From Octopus sinensis (Eukaryota), in the NCBI RefSeq assembly GCF_006345805.1, contig NC_042997.1, positions 94,984,001 through 95,048,000 on the forward strand: 64,000 bases of DNA, given 5' to 3'. Under the pieces are notes generated by a model. It did not search any database. It saw nothing but the letters and a program-made list of their open reading frames with translations, and was not told the DNA's origin. A program made the translations under genes and the position numbers. Shown one piece after another: positions 25,521 through 38,531 of this stretch (the stretch's first letter is position 1; each line of letters starts with the position of its first letter).

Positions 25521-26593
25521 AATCTAGTTCTGTTTTAACTCGCTGGTTAAAAACGTAAGTGCCAAACATATTAGGAATGGAGAAAGAGAGACTTCTTGAA
25601 CTATTTCGCTCTTAATGCATAGTTTTATTTACTACTAGTACTACCACCACCACCACCACTGCCAGATCGCCGCCTAAATCTACTACTAATACTACTACCA
25701 TCACTAGCCTAATACCCGTCAACTTGATTGGCTCTTTTAGATCATTGTGTAGATTTTATAAAATTTTGCTCAATGGATTCTAAATGAATGTCGTGCATGC
25801 ATAGCATAGGATAGTTCATAAGAGCACGTATTAATTTATTTGTGTACTTAAGAGGAATATGGAATATGAATTGTCTTGCATAGGGTTGCTAGAATGATAG
25901 TTTAATCTGACAGTCCATTAATCAGTTATACACAAGGTTACACACACGTAGGAAGGGAGTTCAGCGTCAGTGTATGTGTATAATTCATAAAATCTATGTT
26001 CCCAGTGCACACTTTTGCTTCACTCTTGCAATTTATCAAGGCTATAAATGAGTTCTACTTTCTAATCCTTGCCTGGTTTATAAACGTTTGGAATTTTGTA
26101 TGAACGCCTTTCCTCTCATGCATTGTCATTTTCTCTATTGATTATTTGATTAAATTTTAATTGTTTAGTTCCAAAAGGATAAGACAATTGTTATGCTGAT
26201 GACGTCTATAGAGATAGAAACATATATAACTGTTTGTTTTGTTATCTTCTGTCAATAAACCAGCCATTCTCTTTAATGGTATGTCAGTTTTGAAGAACAC
26301 TTAATTCTTGAGACCATCTTCCATTCTCATACGGATCTTTTCTCATTGGGTAGTAATTGTAACACATCCGCTAGGGGCGGACGTAATTTTGATAATTCAA
26401 AAGTTTATGTTGCATACTTGCTAATATATGTGTGTTCCATTTATACACAGATACACACACACACACAGACACACACACACACACACACACACACATGTCC
26501 TTGTAGACATATACAAAAACGCTTACACAAGTATGGGTACTTGTATGTAAATATATGTGTATGGGTGAATGTGAGTGCGTGTGTGTGTATTTA

Positions 26594-26628
<35 letters not shown>

Positions 26629-26886
26629 GCATCCAACACACACACATACACATAAACACACACACATATACAGAGAGAGTGAGGGAGAGGGAGAGATAGC
26701 AATGAAGTTAGAAGTAAGCTTGAAATAAATATGTTTACTTTCGGTACAATGCCTAAGTTTGTTTATCTCCTTTACAACCTCCCTGTCAGCACGATTTAGA
26801 TTTCACGTGTATCCATTCTTGACGGCGGTATTCCGAGTTTATGTCCAAATCATATTGAGCACTACTATGTGATTATGAATATATAT

Positions 26887-27051
26887 ATAGGCGAAAGCTT
26901 AACTGTGTTTTAAGAAGTTTGCTTCCCAACTACATAATTCTGGGTTCAGTCCCACTGAGTGGCATCGTGCGTGAGTGTCTTCTGCAATATCCTGATACCG
27001 ACCAAATCGTTGCGAGTAGATTTGGCTGACCGAAACTGAAAGAAGGCCGTC

Positions 27052-27100
<49 letters not shown>

Positions 27101-27415
27101 CATATATATATGTAAATATGTGTGTTTAGAGAGGGAGAGAGAATGAGAGGGTGAGAGAAAAAAGAGAGAAAGAGAGTGAGATAAATGGATAGATAGAACG
27201 ACAGATAGATCTATGTCCTTGCCTGTGTTTGTCTCCACCACCACTTGACAACCTGTGTTAGTGCGATCCTGTTCTCGTAATTTAGACGTTCGGCATAGAC
27301 ATCGATAAGTACAAGGTGTATAAACAATATTAGGGGTGATTCGTTCGACAAAAATTCTTCAAGATGTTGTTCCAGCATGGTCGCAGTATAATGACTGAAA
27401 GAAATAAAAGGTTAA
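26887..27415 (+). mobile_element. SINE family C with internal microsatellite
   Basis: tRNA-like head (GGGTTCAGTCCCAC box B), then GGAAACTGAAAGAAG-like core, an (AT)n/(GA)n insert at about 27055-27210, and the conserved 3' half. Confidence 0.75.
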
Positions 27416-27993
27416 ATGATATAAAGTATGAACATTTGAAATGTGCATTGAAGCTTGTTTTTGGGTACTGTGCTGTTATGTTTATCATTGAAGACATCTA
27501 GATATACAATTTACATGCCTTAGAATTGCATTTTGGATGATTGACATTTATTTAAATTCATCTCACATACCTATCAATTTCTATATATTTTCTACTTTCT
27601 AAATTTCTATTTTTCAGCTCATGCATCTGGAAATTATTGGATTGATAGAATCAAAGGTTCCTCAGATGATCGTCACAATGAAAAGCCTAGCAGTAAACTG
27701 TTCCTTGCAACACTGGCATCATCAATATAGATGACACACTAGATCAAACAACTCGACTTGAAAAAAAACAAAAACAAAAACAAAAAAGAAAACAAAATAT
27801 TCTGCAGAATCAAGCAAATTGTGGATGTCGTACTATTTTAGTTAAAACATTTCTATTGATCAATAGGGCATTGCGTATTCGCAAGAAGAATCCCTGTAGA
27901 AATTATTTCTATTATTTAATTGCATTTAAAAATTTTGTATTCTTTCCCAAATATCGAATAAGATATATTCATATATTATCAATCATATTAGTA

Positions 27994-28060
<67 letters not shown>

Positions 28061-28787
28061 TACATGTATATATCTTCGTAAAAATATACAGAAGCATACA
28101 GATTTGATTGTGTAAATAAGTATATATATATATATATATACATACAAGTACGTGTAACGCAACATATATATACCAATATATGAACATTTTTTAATAAACA
28201 TATATCTGCATAAAAGCTAAGGATTTTGAACGACCTCAAAGCAGAAAGGTTTTGTGAGGACAGTCTTTCCATACACATAAAAAGACAAATAAATATATTA
28301 CACGAGAAAACACATTGAAGTCTGCATATTGCTTTATATTATATAAAGGAAGTCGGTGAAATATAATTACTGATTTATTTGGTTCACACAGATAATTATA
28401 AAATTTCAAAATCTGAAGTTTCCTGAATTCTCCCTTAACCAATAATGGAGTAAAAGCGTCTCGCGGAGAATCTGAAAAGAATATTTACACACGACAAAAC
28501 TACGCACGACTTAGACTTTCAAAAAACGAGAAAGTGTGCTAACGCAATATATATATATAATTTATATGTGTGCGTGTGTGTGTGTACATATATACATGTA
28601 TATATTAAAGACCGTGTTTATATAGTCATGAATCAATTATTAACTGTTACTTTCCTATGCATTTCTAATTACCCTATTTTCATGATCAATTCCATGTCCA
28701 TACCTTATTAGATTTCCCTTTCACGGAATCTGTTGTATATTATATCCCACACTGTGATTATATATATATATATTATATATATATATA

Positions 28788-28840
<53 letters not shown>

Positions 28841-29386
28841 GTATGTATATATGTATATGTATATAGGTAACTGGAAATATAACGCAGCACACTATAAATA
28901 TAACCCATGAAACAAGCTTGCGCGGACATTTTAAAACGATTTCTGAAATAACATTATTCAATAGTGATTTATATTTGTTGAATAAATTAATTCAGTCTGT
29001 ATAACTGCATATGTAAAGTATATGCATTCAGTTTTATAATAGAAACCAGTTTAATGATTTTGGATGAAACAAGAGCGTCAGTTGTAGTTCATTATGTATG
29101 CATAAAAATGGGGGCAGTTTCGTTTAATTGAGAGCTGTGTGTAGAGATAAACAGGAAAGAACAATATCAATGCGTATAGACGTTCGCATAAGAAAAAGAA
29201 TCTTCAAAGTTAATCTATGTAAAGTCAATTTAGCATAAAGTAAATCGCTGAATATCCATTAAAAAGCATGTGGTTATTGTATTATTATTATGTCATTTGA
29301 AACTGTTTTGTATTCGCCACAGCGATTTGATCCGGCCAAGAGGATCCATAACACACCGCGTTTTAAATCTAGACCCCCACATCAAT

Positions 29387-29683
29387 ATGGAACGTCCGGT
29401 TTCAAACCTATCTCCTGCTCAGGAGTATTATCGCCGGATGAATGTAGACAAACGCACGCTAGAAAAGATGCGTTTTGGTATTATTCTTACGCTTGGGACG
29501 ATTACATTGATTGCTTGCGTCATCTATATTATTTACAGATGTACACGCAACCTCCTCATAGACCCAAATGAGGAACACAAAGAAGCAGAACGGGAAACTG
29601 AGGAGGGAACAAGGAGTCGACTTCTGAAGAGAACGTCCACAACGGAAGTGTGTACTATTTCTAACGCTGAGTTCTATGTTTGA
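29387..29683 (+). CDS. Putative small single-pass membrane protein (98 aa), possibly a terminal exon
   Basis: ATG in strong context (AATATGG). MERPVSNLSPAQEYYRRMNVDKRTLEKMR is followed by a 21-aa hydrophobic segment FGIILTLGTITLIACVIYIIY, then RC and a charged tail ending SNAEFYV*. A candidate splice acceptor TGTTTTGTATTCGCCACAG ends at 29322. The ORF is non-repetitive and stop-free. No homolog recognised. Confidence 0.6.
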   Translation: MERPVSNLSPAQEYYRRMNVDKRTLEKMRFGIILTLGTITLIACVIYIIYRCTRNLLIDPNEEHKEAERETEEGTRSRLLKRTSTTEVCTISNAEFYV

Positions 29684-32600
29684 GGTTTCTCATAACAGTA
29701 TAATGGTGAATGCAAGGAGAAGACTAGCACTCAAACTGAACAACTGTTTGGATGTGAGCGCTAGTATTTAGCTGGATGAGAAATCCTAAACCTATCAACA
29801 ATGCAAGTCAGACTAGGGGTACGGAACTGCCAGACGAATAGTGTGAGAAGAAGCGACATAATATGGCATTTTCGAAGAAAAGTTACCACATAGTTTATTC
29901 AACTAGTGGTAGGATATATCCGACATGTAAAAGTGTAAATAGAAATCATGAAACCTAAGTAAGCGAATTCACATGTAAAGGATTATACAAATTTACAGAG
30001 GTGCAAAAGCGTTTTTCTGTTTCCAGAATACGCATATGCACATACATATATTTATATACATATATTTAGGTATATATTTATATTTACATATGTATGCAAG
30101 CATATATATTATATACATATTATATATAACTTAATACATACAGATGACATATATAAGTTTGTGCACAGTTTCCTTCGTATATGCATAACTTAAAAATTTA
30201 CAAATGTATTAATATTCAGTATGTTTATTTGAAAATATAGCAAACGTTTTGTATATATTTATATATATATATGTATATATACATATGCATATATATATGC
30301 ATATGTATATGCATACATATACATATATATGTATATACATATAGATATGACTATATATTTACACACACACACACATATATATATATATGCATATATATGC
30401 ATATGACAAAGCATTTCTGCATGTATACAGACCTGTGTATATTGTTAGTAATGTATACATCGATTTGTGTATATATAAATGTAGAAGAGTCTGGAAAAGG
30501 TTAAACATGAAATGACATGACATGGACGACTTCACCAAATCTAAAATTCTATTTAGCATTTGGTGTTTCATATATTAGATATTTGTACAGAAATTAAGTG
30601 TGTACATTGCCGGAAGAGAATGTAAAACAACTTGTTGTTTTTCTTTTTGTAATAGTATCCATGCTGCTATTCAAATATAACATGATATTAATCCACAGTA
30701 TTAACATAGTCTAGAAATGGATGACACAGTGTACAGTAATTAAAACCTATTGTAAAACAGTATTATAATGATGAAAAAAATCAAGGTTTCAGAGAAAATT
30801 ATATCGTGTTCGTTGGTTTTATGAGAGAATAGTAAAAGGAAGTGTTATTTATTAAAATTGTTTATTTATTAAAAATAATGATTGTATTAAGTAAAACAAA
30901 TTCAATCTTGGTGATATTGTTATTAAATTTTCTTTCAGTAATGATTTGCTTAGTAAACTATATCAGCATTGACAACATCTGAAACAACATTCATAACGTC
31001 TCCAGGAACAATGATAAAATAAAAAGCTACTACTATATGAACTTGCGTTTATCAAAGTCATAAATTTTGAAGACTATTTGAAGACACTGTGAATATTTTG
31101 GATGGTTGTGGTTCCTGGAGTTAAATTTACAATTGTGGTTGTTTTCACTGTTGTTGCTGCTGATGCGGATGAAACTACCGCTGTTTTCTTTTCAATATGC
31201 TGGTGTAATTATTGTTGAACTTGTTTTTATTACTACATTTATTGGTGTTTTTAGTGCAGTTACTTGGTTATTATTTAGTTACAAATATTGCTATATTTTT
31301 TTTATGAAACACCACTTGATAATTAAAACGCTTGTCATTGCTATGTTAAATGTGAAATATTTATGTACATGAAGGATTCATTAACATATTTATGGATATT
31401 GCATTATTAATGGGTTGATAAAATTACGCAGATAGATATAGAGCATTGTGATTGAATTATTTCTAAAACCATTATATGCAAGAAACACTTGCTGTTAGTG
31501 ACTATATTTCTTTATCACTATACATATGTTAGATGTTTATATATACAAATTTACTTCATATATAACTCACCTTTTAAATTATTTCTGCAAATCTAATAGA
31601 CTAAATATTACAGATAGGAAAAATAAAGTAAAGGAATATTATAACCTGAAATTTATGTGTGAAATTAAAAACTATACAAATTCTTGAAATCTTTTTGTTG
31701 CAAAGCCCGACAATTATTGCCGAATATATTTTATATTTATGATCTTCAGATTGCATATATGCAACACCTAGCAAAAAACAACTGTTTCTTGCTAACATAA
31801 AATGTAGACATCATTTAGTGCAAGTGTTAATAATAGATTCCAGAATACAAGTTTCTCTATTTTACACTAATGGAAGAATTAAATCTCTTGATCTTTAGTA
31901 TGGGAGAAAATTCGAAAAAAGGGTTTACTACTTTAATTTTTTATCTCTCATTTTTGCAATAACGTTCTTATATCTGTATTCGGAGATATACACGAACCTT
32001 TTTGAAATTAAGAAATGTGATGGATAAGTAAAGAATATTTTTGTTGCTAAATGTAAAGGCAAGATGTCTCATTGTGGGAGCTACGAATGTATTCTTTACA
32101 AGCACATAAGCATATCGCTGGGTATTCCAAATGACACAAGCTTATAATACAGCAAATGTTATGAAATAAATTCTATTTATAAAAATGTTTATTTTCCATC
32201 CTCCAGTTACATATATTTGTAATGTATACTGATAACAATACGCATGCCAAATGTACAAAACACTTCAATAAAATAAGGCCCCGCATGTTGTTTTTGCATG
32301 CACAAAATTTCATATATTGTTTTGTGTATTGTTTTCTAGAACCCAAGGAGTGTTCATCATCCATTATAAATGTTTTGAGAAGAATCACAGTTGCTTTCAA
32401 CTATTATACTTTATCGAAATATCAAGATTACCATACATCTTTACACAGCCTCATATCGTTTGTAAAAGCATAGTGCCAATAATCAATCAATGTAAACCAT
32501 GACAATCAGTAAAATATTAAAGAAAACTTAACAAGTGATTGACATTCCTATTTCGTGAATGGTTCTTTGTATGAGTTTGTATATATAATAGACCTCAATA

Positions 32601-35600
32601 ATAAATTGTAAGTTGAAACGATTTGTTTTGATCACATACTTGATTCTTATAGATTAAGCTGCTGTTGACGATATATTGTGTGCACCTTTCGGTAGAGCAG
32701 TTATAGGAAAACCTCAATATAAAATGAAACTATGAATTCATGTGAAAGATTTAATATTATTTCAAAATTATATCCATTACGTTAAAATGTTATTACATAA
32801 TACTGAAGTTGGAAATATAATTATTAAAAAAAAACACACAAGCACGCAAACAGAATCATGCACTCTGTCCCGCATGCATCCAATGTACTAATATTTTTAT
32901 ATATAATTATAATCTTTGCCTTTCTAATTATGTTTCAGTTCCGTTTGAGTGATTGGCAACTACAATATTTTATCCATACTAAAGAGAAGTTAATATAACG
33001 ATACAACCTCTGATCAACTTTCAAGTGTAATTTCTGTTTCATATATTTTATTTCTAGAAAAGCTAACCTTTCTTTGAAGTAATAAAAGACATATTATATA
33101 AAGTTGTATCTATCTAACATATATTTATTAATCTCTTCCGTAATCAATGCTTCATATATTGCAATAAAATACATTCAATATTGCGCCACTCCTAAGTTGT
33201 AAAAGAGATAACTTATGTTGATCTAGTGGCGATTATGGTACTTATGATAATCTAAATAGAGAACAATGATGAGCAATACAAAAATTATTTCTGCATTTGT
33301 AATAACAACCAGAAAATTTTTTCATAACTTTAAATGGATTTATATATGAAATAATATTGCACAAAAAAAACTAAAATAAAAAAAATTCTCAGTGACTTAT
33401 AAGGAGGGGTGTAGATAAATTAAAATGAAATAGTTTTATAGGTTTATGTGGACCGACATTAATATTTCAGTGAGTGCCAGGGTAAGAATAAACATAACAC
33501 TATGGTGAGAAGAGAATTCACAGTCATAATTCTCTCCGAGAATGAATCTATAAATGTAATGATGACATTTGTAAATTCAGAGAAAGCAAATCGAATGTCA
33601 ATCAATGTGCCTGAAAATAACTTGGTTGCTGGACAATATATATATATGTTTCAAAAGAACAAGAGTGGGGAATTATCCATATGCTTATTTAAGATATCCT
33701 GAATAAAATCGTTATGCAATGTTATAACCTACAATCATATTACATAATCAAAACATAATACAAATTATTAGCCATAAGTCAATTCAAATTAGCCCAAGTG
33801 ATACGTCTTTCCTGCATAATTTAACATGAAATACAGTGGAAGATTTTAGTCGTGTCACTCATAATTTAGCTTTTACTATAATTATTTTTGTAGACGTGGA
33901 AGGTATACCTGTAATTAGTAGTCTCAGAAATGAGTTAGTACACTCGATTTCTACGTAAATGCCTTTGACTGGTATTTAACATTTCTGTAGTTTTGTCATT
34001 CTGAGTTTGTTTATTCGTAATATGATTTGTTTTCCCCTGATTGTTATACTGATATTAATATTTTACTATTCTGATATAGCGATTAATAAGAATCCAACGT
34101 TCATTTGCAATTAGACGTAGCAACATTTGATGTAGTTTTAGTAACTGTTTTAACCTTCTATAACTTTTGGTTGCTGTTGCTAAGGCAGAAACATAGTGTT
34201 ATTTCGAACATATGATTCTTTTATACACACATGCTTGGTTTACGTATTCGGATTTCGATATTCTGAATATTTTCTCTTTTTTTCAAATGCTTCATTATAG
34301 TTATCTGTATTATCATTAATATTCAGTTCCTTTGCAAAACGTTGAGAAATTCTAATAGAAATTTTCGTAATTTACTAATAATTAGACCGTTAGTGATTAC
34401 ATTTCTTATTGCAGGTTTATATTTGTCTTGTGGTATGCGTAGAGGAAGCCTGTATTAAGGTCTAATGATGAATCCCAAATTACATCTGTTTTAACGTTAT
34501 CAAAGTCAAAAAACTAAAGATTTAAAAGTAGGTTTACAGTCTGTAGTACGTTCGAAGTGTTAAATTCACAACCGTGAAAAGAGAATCATCCTCGTACAAG
34601 CCTTCACTGATTTAATTAAATCGATTTGTGATCTGACTAAAGAAGTATAAGCAGACGGAGTATGTTAATTAAGCTGAGCCAAAGTATCCCAAAGTATTAT
34701 GAATTTATCCTACATCATCTATTCGAAACAATATTTTCTCAGGAAGGATTACAAACATTTCCTACTTACAAATAGTATGGAAACCTATTAAAAAATTTGG
34801 CTATTTTTATAGTGTAAAACACATCAGAAGAGGAAAGACTGAGGAAGTTGTGTGGCGTGTATGTCAAACTGGAGGTAGGGGGTTCTGCGTTTAACTTTTG
34901 GTTCTCTGTATCAGTCGGAAATTTTGAGCATATCCTACAATAACGTAATTTCAAGTAAACTTTTCATCAAATTCGGAAATTAAGAAAGACATATTTCTCT
35001 GATGAAAGGATCCTTCTCAATCGTTTGCTTATTTGTAGTCATTCAGATAAATGTTCCAGCATTTTAATGTATAAGGCTTCGTCTTATGCTCAAAATGTAG
35101 CATATTTACATTGTAGAATTTGTGGTATTAATCAAATTAGGTGAGCGTTTACGAGTTTTTATAGTTTTTCTATATGTCATTAGTTGTAAGAGTATCACAG
35201 ATTTTTGAAACCCATATGAAAGTTAAGTGCTTTCTATTACATACACTTATTAGATAAACTATAAAAAAGTATAAGAGTGAACATATATTTTATGATTTAT
35301 CTAATATATTTGATTTGGTCTCGAATATCTTTTTGCAATCGTTATGATACCTTTACATTTAACATTCCTAAATAGTATTCGCTTGATTCGGACTAAGATG
35401 CTGCATGTATGCATGTCTACAATCACACACTTGCACCCCCCACACACACATTTGCACCCACACACACTTGCACCCACACACACACTCAGTTACATACATA
35501 CGCACATACATTCATATAGACATGTATATACATGTACATATATATATACACACACATGAATATATAAACATGAATGTGAGAGAGATGGAGAAGGAGAGAG

Positions 35601-35659
35601 CGTGTGGGGGTGTGAATTTGTATTTGTGTATGTCCAGATATATGTGTGCGTGTGTATAA

Positions 35660-35760
35660 ATACATACATACATACATACATACATCCATCCTTCCATCCA
35701 TCCATCAATCCCATCCATCCATCCACCGATCCACCGATCCACCCATTCATCCATCCATAC
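35660..35760. repeat. (ATAC)n/(ATCC)n tetranucleotide microsatellite
   Basis: Read directly from the sequence. Confidence 0.9.
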
Positions 35761-36412
35761 ATATATTGTATAAGCCCGAATGTTTGTCATTTATATTGAT
35801 CCAATATCATTTCCCAAAACATCTTTACCAAAACTGACATGGAGATGTATGCGCTTTCTTGAAAATCAATTAAATTAAAACTGCCTTGAGCTACCCTTTG
35901 AGATACCCTTTTCTGGTATCAACAATACAATCTCTATCGATAGTTCACATGATAGTAGGAATGATATCAAAACTGAAATGATGATGAGTGGAAGAAAATT
36001 ATGTCAGACTGACCAACAAAATATCTTTGCATTACCGTTCACCTGTCTTGTTAAATTCATTTATACAATACCATAATTGGCATTAGATTGTCTTCAATGC
36101 TAATTGAATGCGTTTCCTACAACTGTCAAAAACGATTTTACTGGAAATAAATTTGCTAAAAATATTGGCAAGGAAAACAGGAGATATTTTAAAGCATGTA
36201 CCCATTTACTTGAAAACTCATGTATCTAGAGAGAAACGCAGGGAGATACTAAAATAATAAAAAGGTTTTAATACAAGCGAAACAGATAGGTTAAAATAAT
36301 CAACTACTGTGTATGTGATTTCATAGTTGGAATATTAGGGATAATTTCATGGGGAAAACCTTTGAAACAATTGTAGATACTCATTAATAAGGACATTAAA
36401 TGTAAGGTTATC

Positions 36413-36464
<52 letters not shown>

Positions 36465-36554
36465 GTATACATACACTTGTGTGTACATATATATACATAC
36501 TCACATATATATATCGATATATATATATATACATATATATATACTGTGTACATC

Positions 36555-36848
36555 TTATTTTATTCTTTTATATGTTTAAGTCATTTGACTGCTGCCATGC
36601 TGGAGCAGACTTTAGTTCAATAAATCGACCACAGAGACGTAAACACACTAACATCTTTTATCAAGCGATGGTGGGGAAACAAACACAGATACACACACAC
36701 AGACACACACACATACACATATACATATATATGTGCGAGTGCTTCTTTCAGTTTCCGTCTACCAGATCCACTCACAAGGCTTTATTCGGCCCGAGGTTAT
36801 AGTAGAAGACACTTTCCCAGGGTACCACGCAGTGGGACTGAACCGTGT
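36555..36848 (-). mobile_element. SINE family C with internal (CA/AT)n, head truncated
   Basis: Reverse complement CGGTTCAGTCCCACTGCGTGGTACCCTGGGAAAGTGTCTTCTACTATAACCTCGGGCCG...GGAAACTGAAAGAAGC; collinear with the 26887 copy. Confidence 0.8.
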
Positions 36849-36959
36849 GGGTGGGAAGCGAAGCAGGTTGAAAGTGGGAGATGAGAGAAAAATCGACCAG
36901 TCCCTTCGGCGGTCAGCGTGAAAGGCAAAGGAGAAAGAGAATAAAACATGACGATGTCT

Positions 36960-38095
36960 ACGGGTTACGTGTTAGTAGTAGGATGGAGAAAATTGTAAGA
37001 GAGCAGAGAGGAATAAAATGAGTAGAAACGGAAGGCAAAATAAAAACAAACAGATATCATCATAGAAGACGTGTAGCGAGGGAAAGGGAGAAAGAGAGAT
37101 AGAGAAATAGAGAGGGGGAAGAGAGGGTGGGTGTGAAAGGGAGAAAATGCAAGAGAAAAGATAGGAAGAAGACGTCGATATTTTAAAGAAGCATGTTGCG
37201 GAAGGCCGGAACAATGCGTGATGATACAAAGGAAAAGAAAGCCAAATATAGTGACAGTTTTACCATGCATTTCTATATTTCGGGGTGGGACACCTTCTTC
37301 AGAATATTTGGAAAAAGCAGTAGTTGGAAAAAGTCGTTGCTCAGATGTGTGTGAAGGAAGGGGATAAGGGGAGCAAGAGAAAGGTGACATATGCAGACTA
37401 GTGTTGCTATAGCAACAAGTCTGCTCTATGTTGTTTCATCGTGTTGTTCATGGCTGGTGTCAATTTCTTTATAAAGAGGGCTTCCGTAATTCTGAGATTA
37501 TCCCTGTTGCATTGGTTTGCCCTGATGAACAATGTGAAATTTTGGGGTTCGCATTTCCCAAGGTGCTTTTTCTTTTATTAAGTGTCAGTGTGGATATGCC
37601 CCTTTATTCGTTTGTGCAGTTTTCTAGTCGCAATCCCTGTGTAGAATGCTCCATTTACTGCAGACTATTTCATATTCTACTTAGCCCCCGTAGCAGGGCA
37701 GATTAAGGAAGCATTTTACCGACTTGTTGTCATAAGATTTCTTAGCTACTTTCGTATTTTGGGGACGCAGTCCTTTAGCTACCGATGGTTGATAGCCGTT
37801 GTGTGCTGAATTCCCGAGGAACCACTTTGTCCGTTGCTTCACTGCATCTGTCTCTTATACGTGTGGTCTCATTCTGCATATATGCAGCTTTGGCTCTAGT
37901 GGGCAGGGATGATTCGTAATATACGAAGAGATTTCAACTGGTTGCTTTTCTATAAAAATTCGTGTAGATGTAACCCTTCTCAGTGATCTTCATTTGGAAA
38001 TCTAGCAGAGAGGTGATTCTGGAATCATCCGGATACTCGATTTCTAATTTGGTATCATTATCGACGTTGTTAAAGATTCTCTGGAAGAAAGCAAA
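36960..38095 (-). mobile_element. Penelope-like element, 5'-truncated: RT C-terminus, GIY-YIG endonuclease and pseudo-LTR
   Basis: Minus strand RIFNNVDNDTKLEIEYPDDSRITSLLDFQMKITEKGYIYTNF...NETTRIRDRCS, then YEIVCSK/GAFYTGIATRKLHKRIKGH (GIY-YIG) and HLGKC...LRITEALFIKKLTPAMN. Frameshifted. Confidence 0.8.
37271..37306 (-). ncRNA. Candidate minimal type I hammerhead ribozyme in the PLE pseudo-LTR
   Basis: 5'-AUAUU-CUGAAGA-A-GGUG-UCC-CACC-CC-GAAA-UAU-A-GAA-3'. Core CUGANGA and GAAA are present, stem II is 4 bp, and stem III is a self-complementary AUAU. Stem I is weak. Confidence 0.5.
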
Positions 38096-38531
38096 CGAAC
38101 GTATAAGAAAACAAGAACAGAAAAAACGGAGAAATGTTACACAATTACAAATACAAACAACAGGATATTAACAACATGTGTCTCTCCACTAAGGACGAAT
38201 TAAATTATGTTGGCGTGAGTAGAAGTGAAGCCTTACGGCAGGAACATATGTCTTGGAATTCATGGGAAGGAATATAAGCGATGCTACACGGATGGTATTC
38301 GAACCAAGAAAGAACGGTCAGGCTTGGTGCGACAACGGTCACGTTTAAGGAGAGGAGAAAGGTAGGGCAGAGGGGTTTATCAAGTAGGATAGGACGAGAA
38401 AAAGAGAAAAAGAAAGGAAAGGAACTGAGTGAGCTAAAAGAGGAGGGAAAGGAATGAGAATGTAGGGAAGGGCAAGAAATATGAGAGGAGCTAAAAGAAA
38501 GAGTAAAACAGTTGTACAGGTCACTTATATA

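Noticed and set aside
31050-31300. Thr-rich mucin-like frame on the minus strand
   Set aside because: It is interrupted by a stop and a frameshift, and is consistent with decayed (AAC/AGC)n low-complexity DNA.
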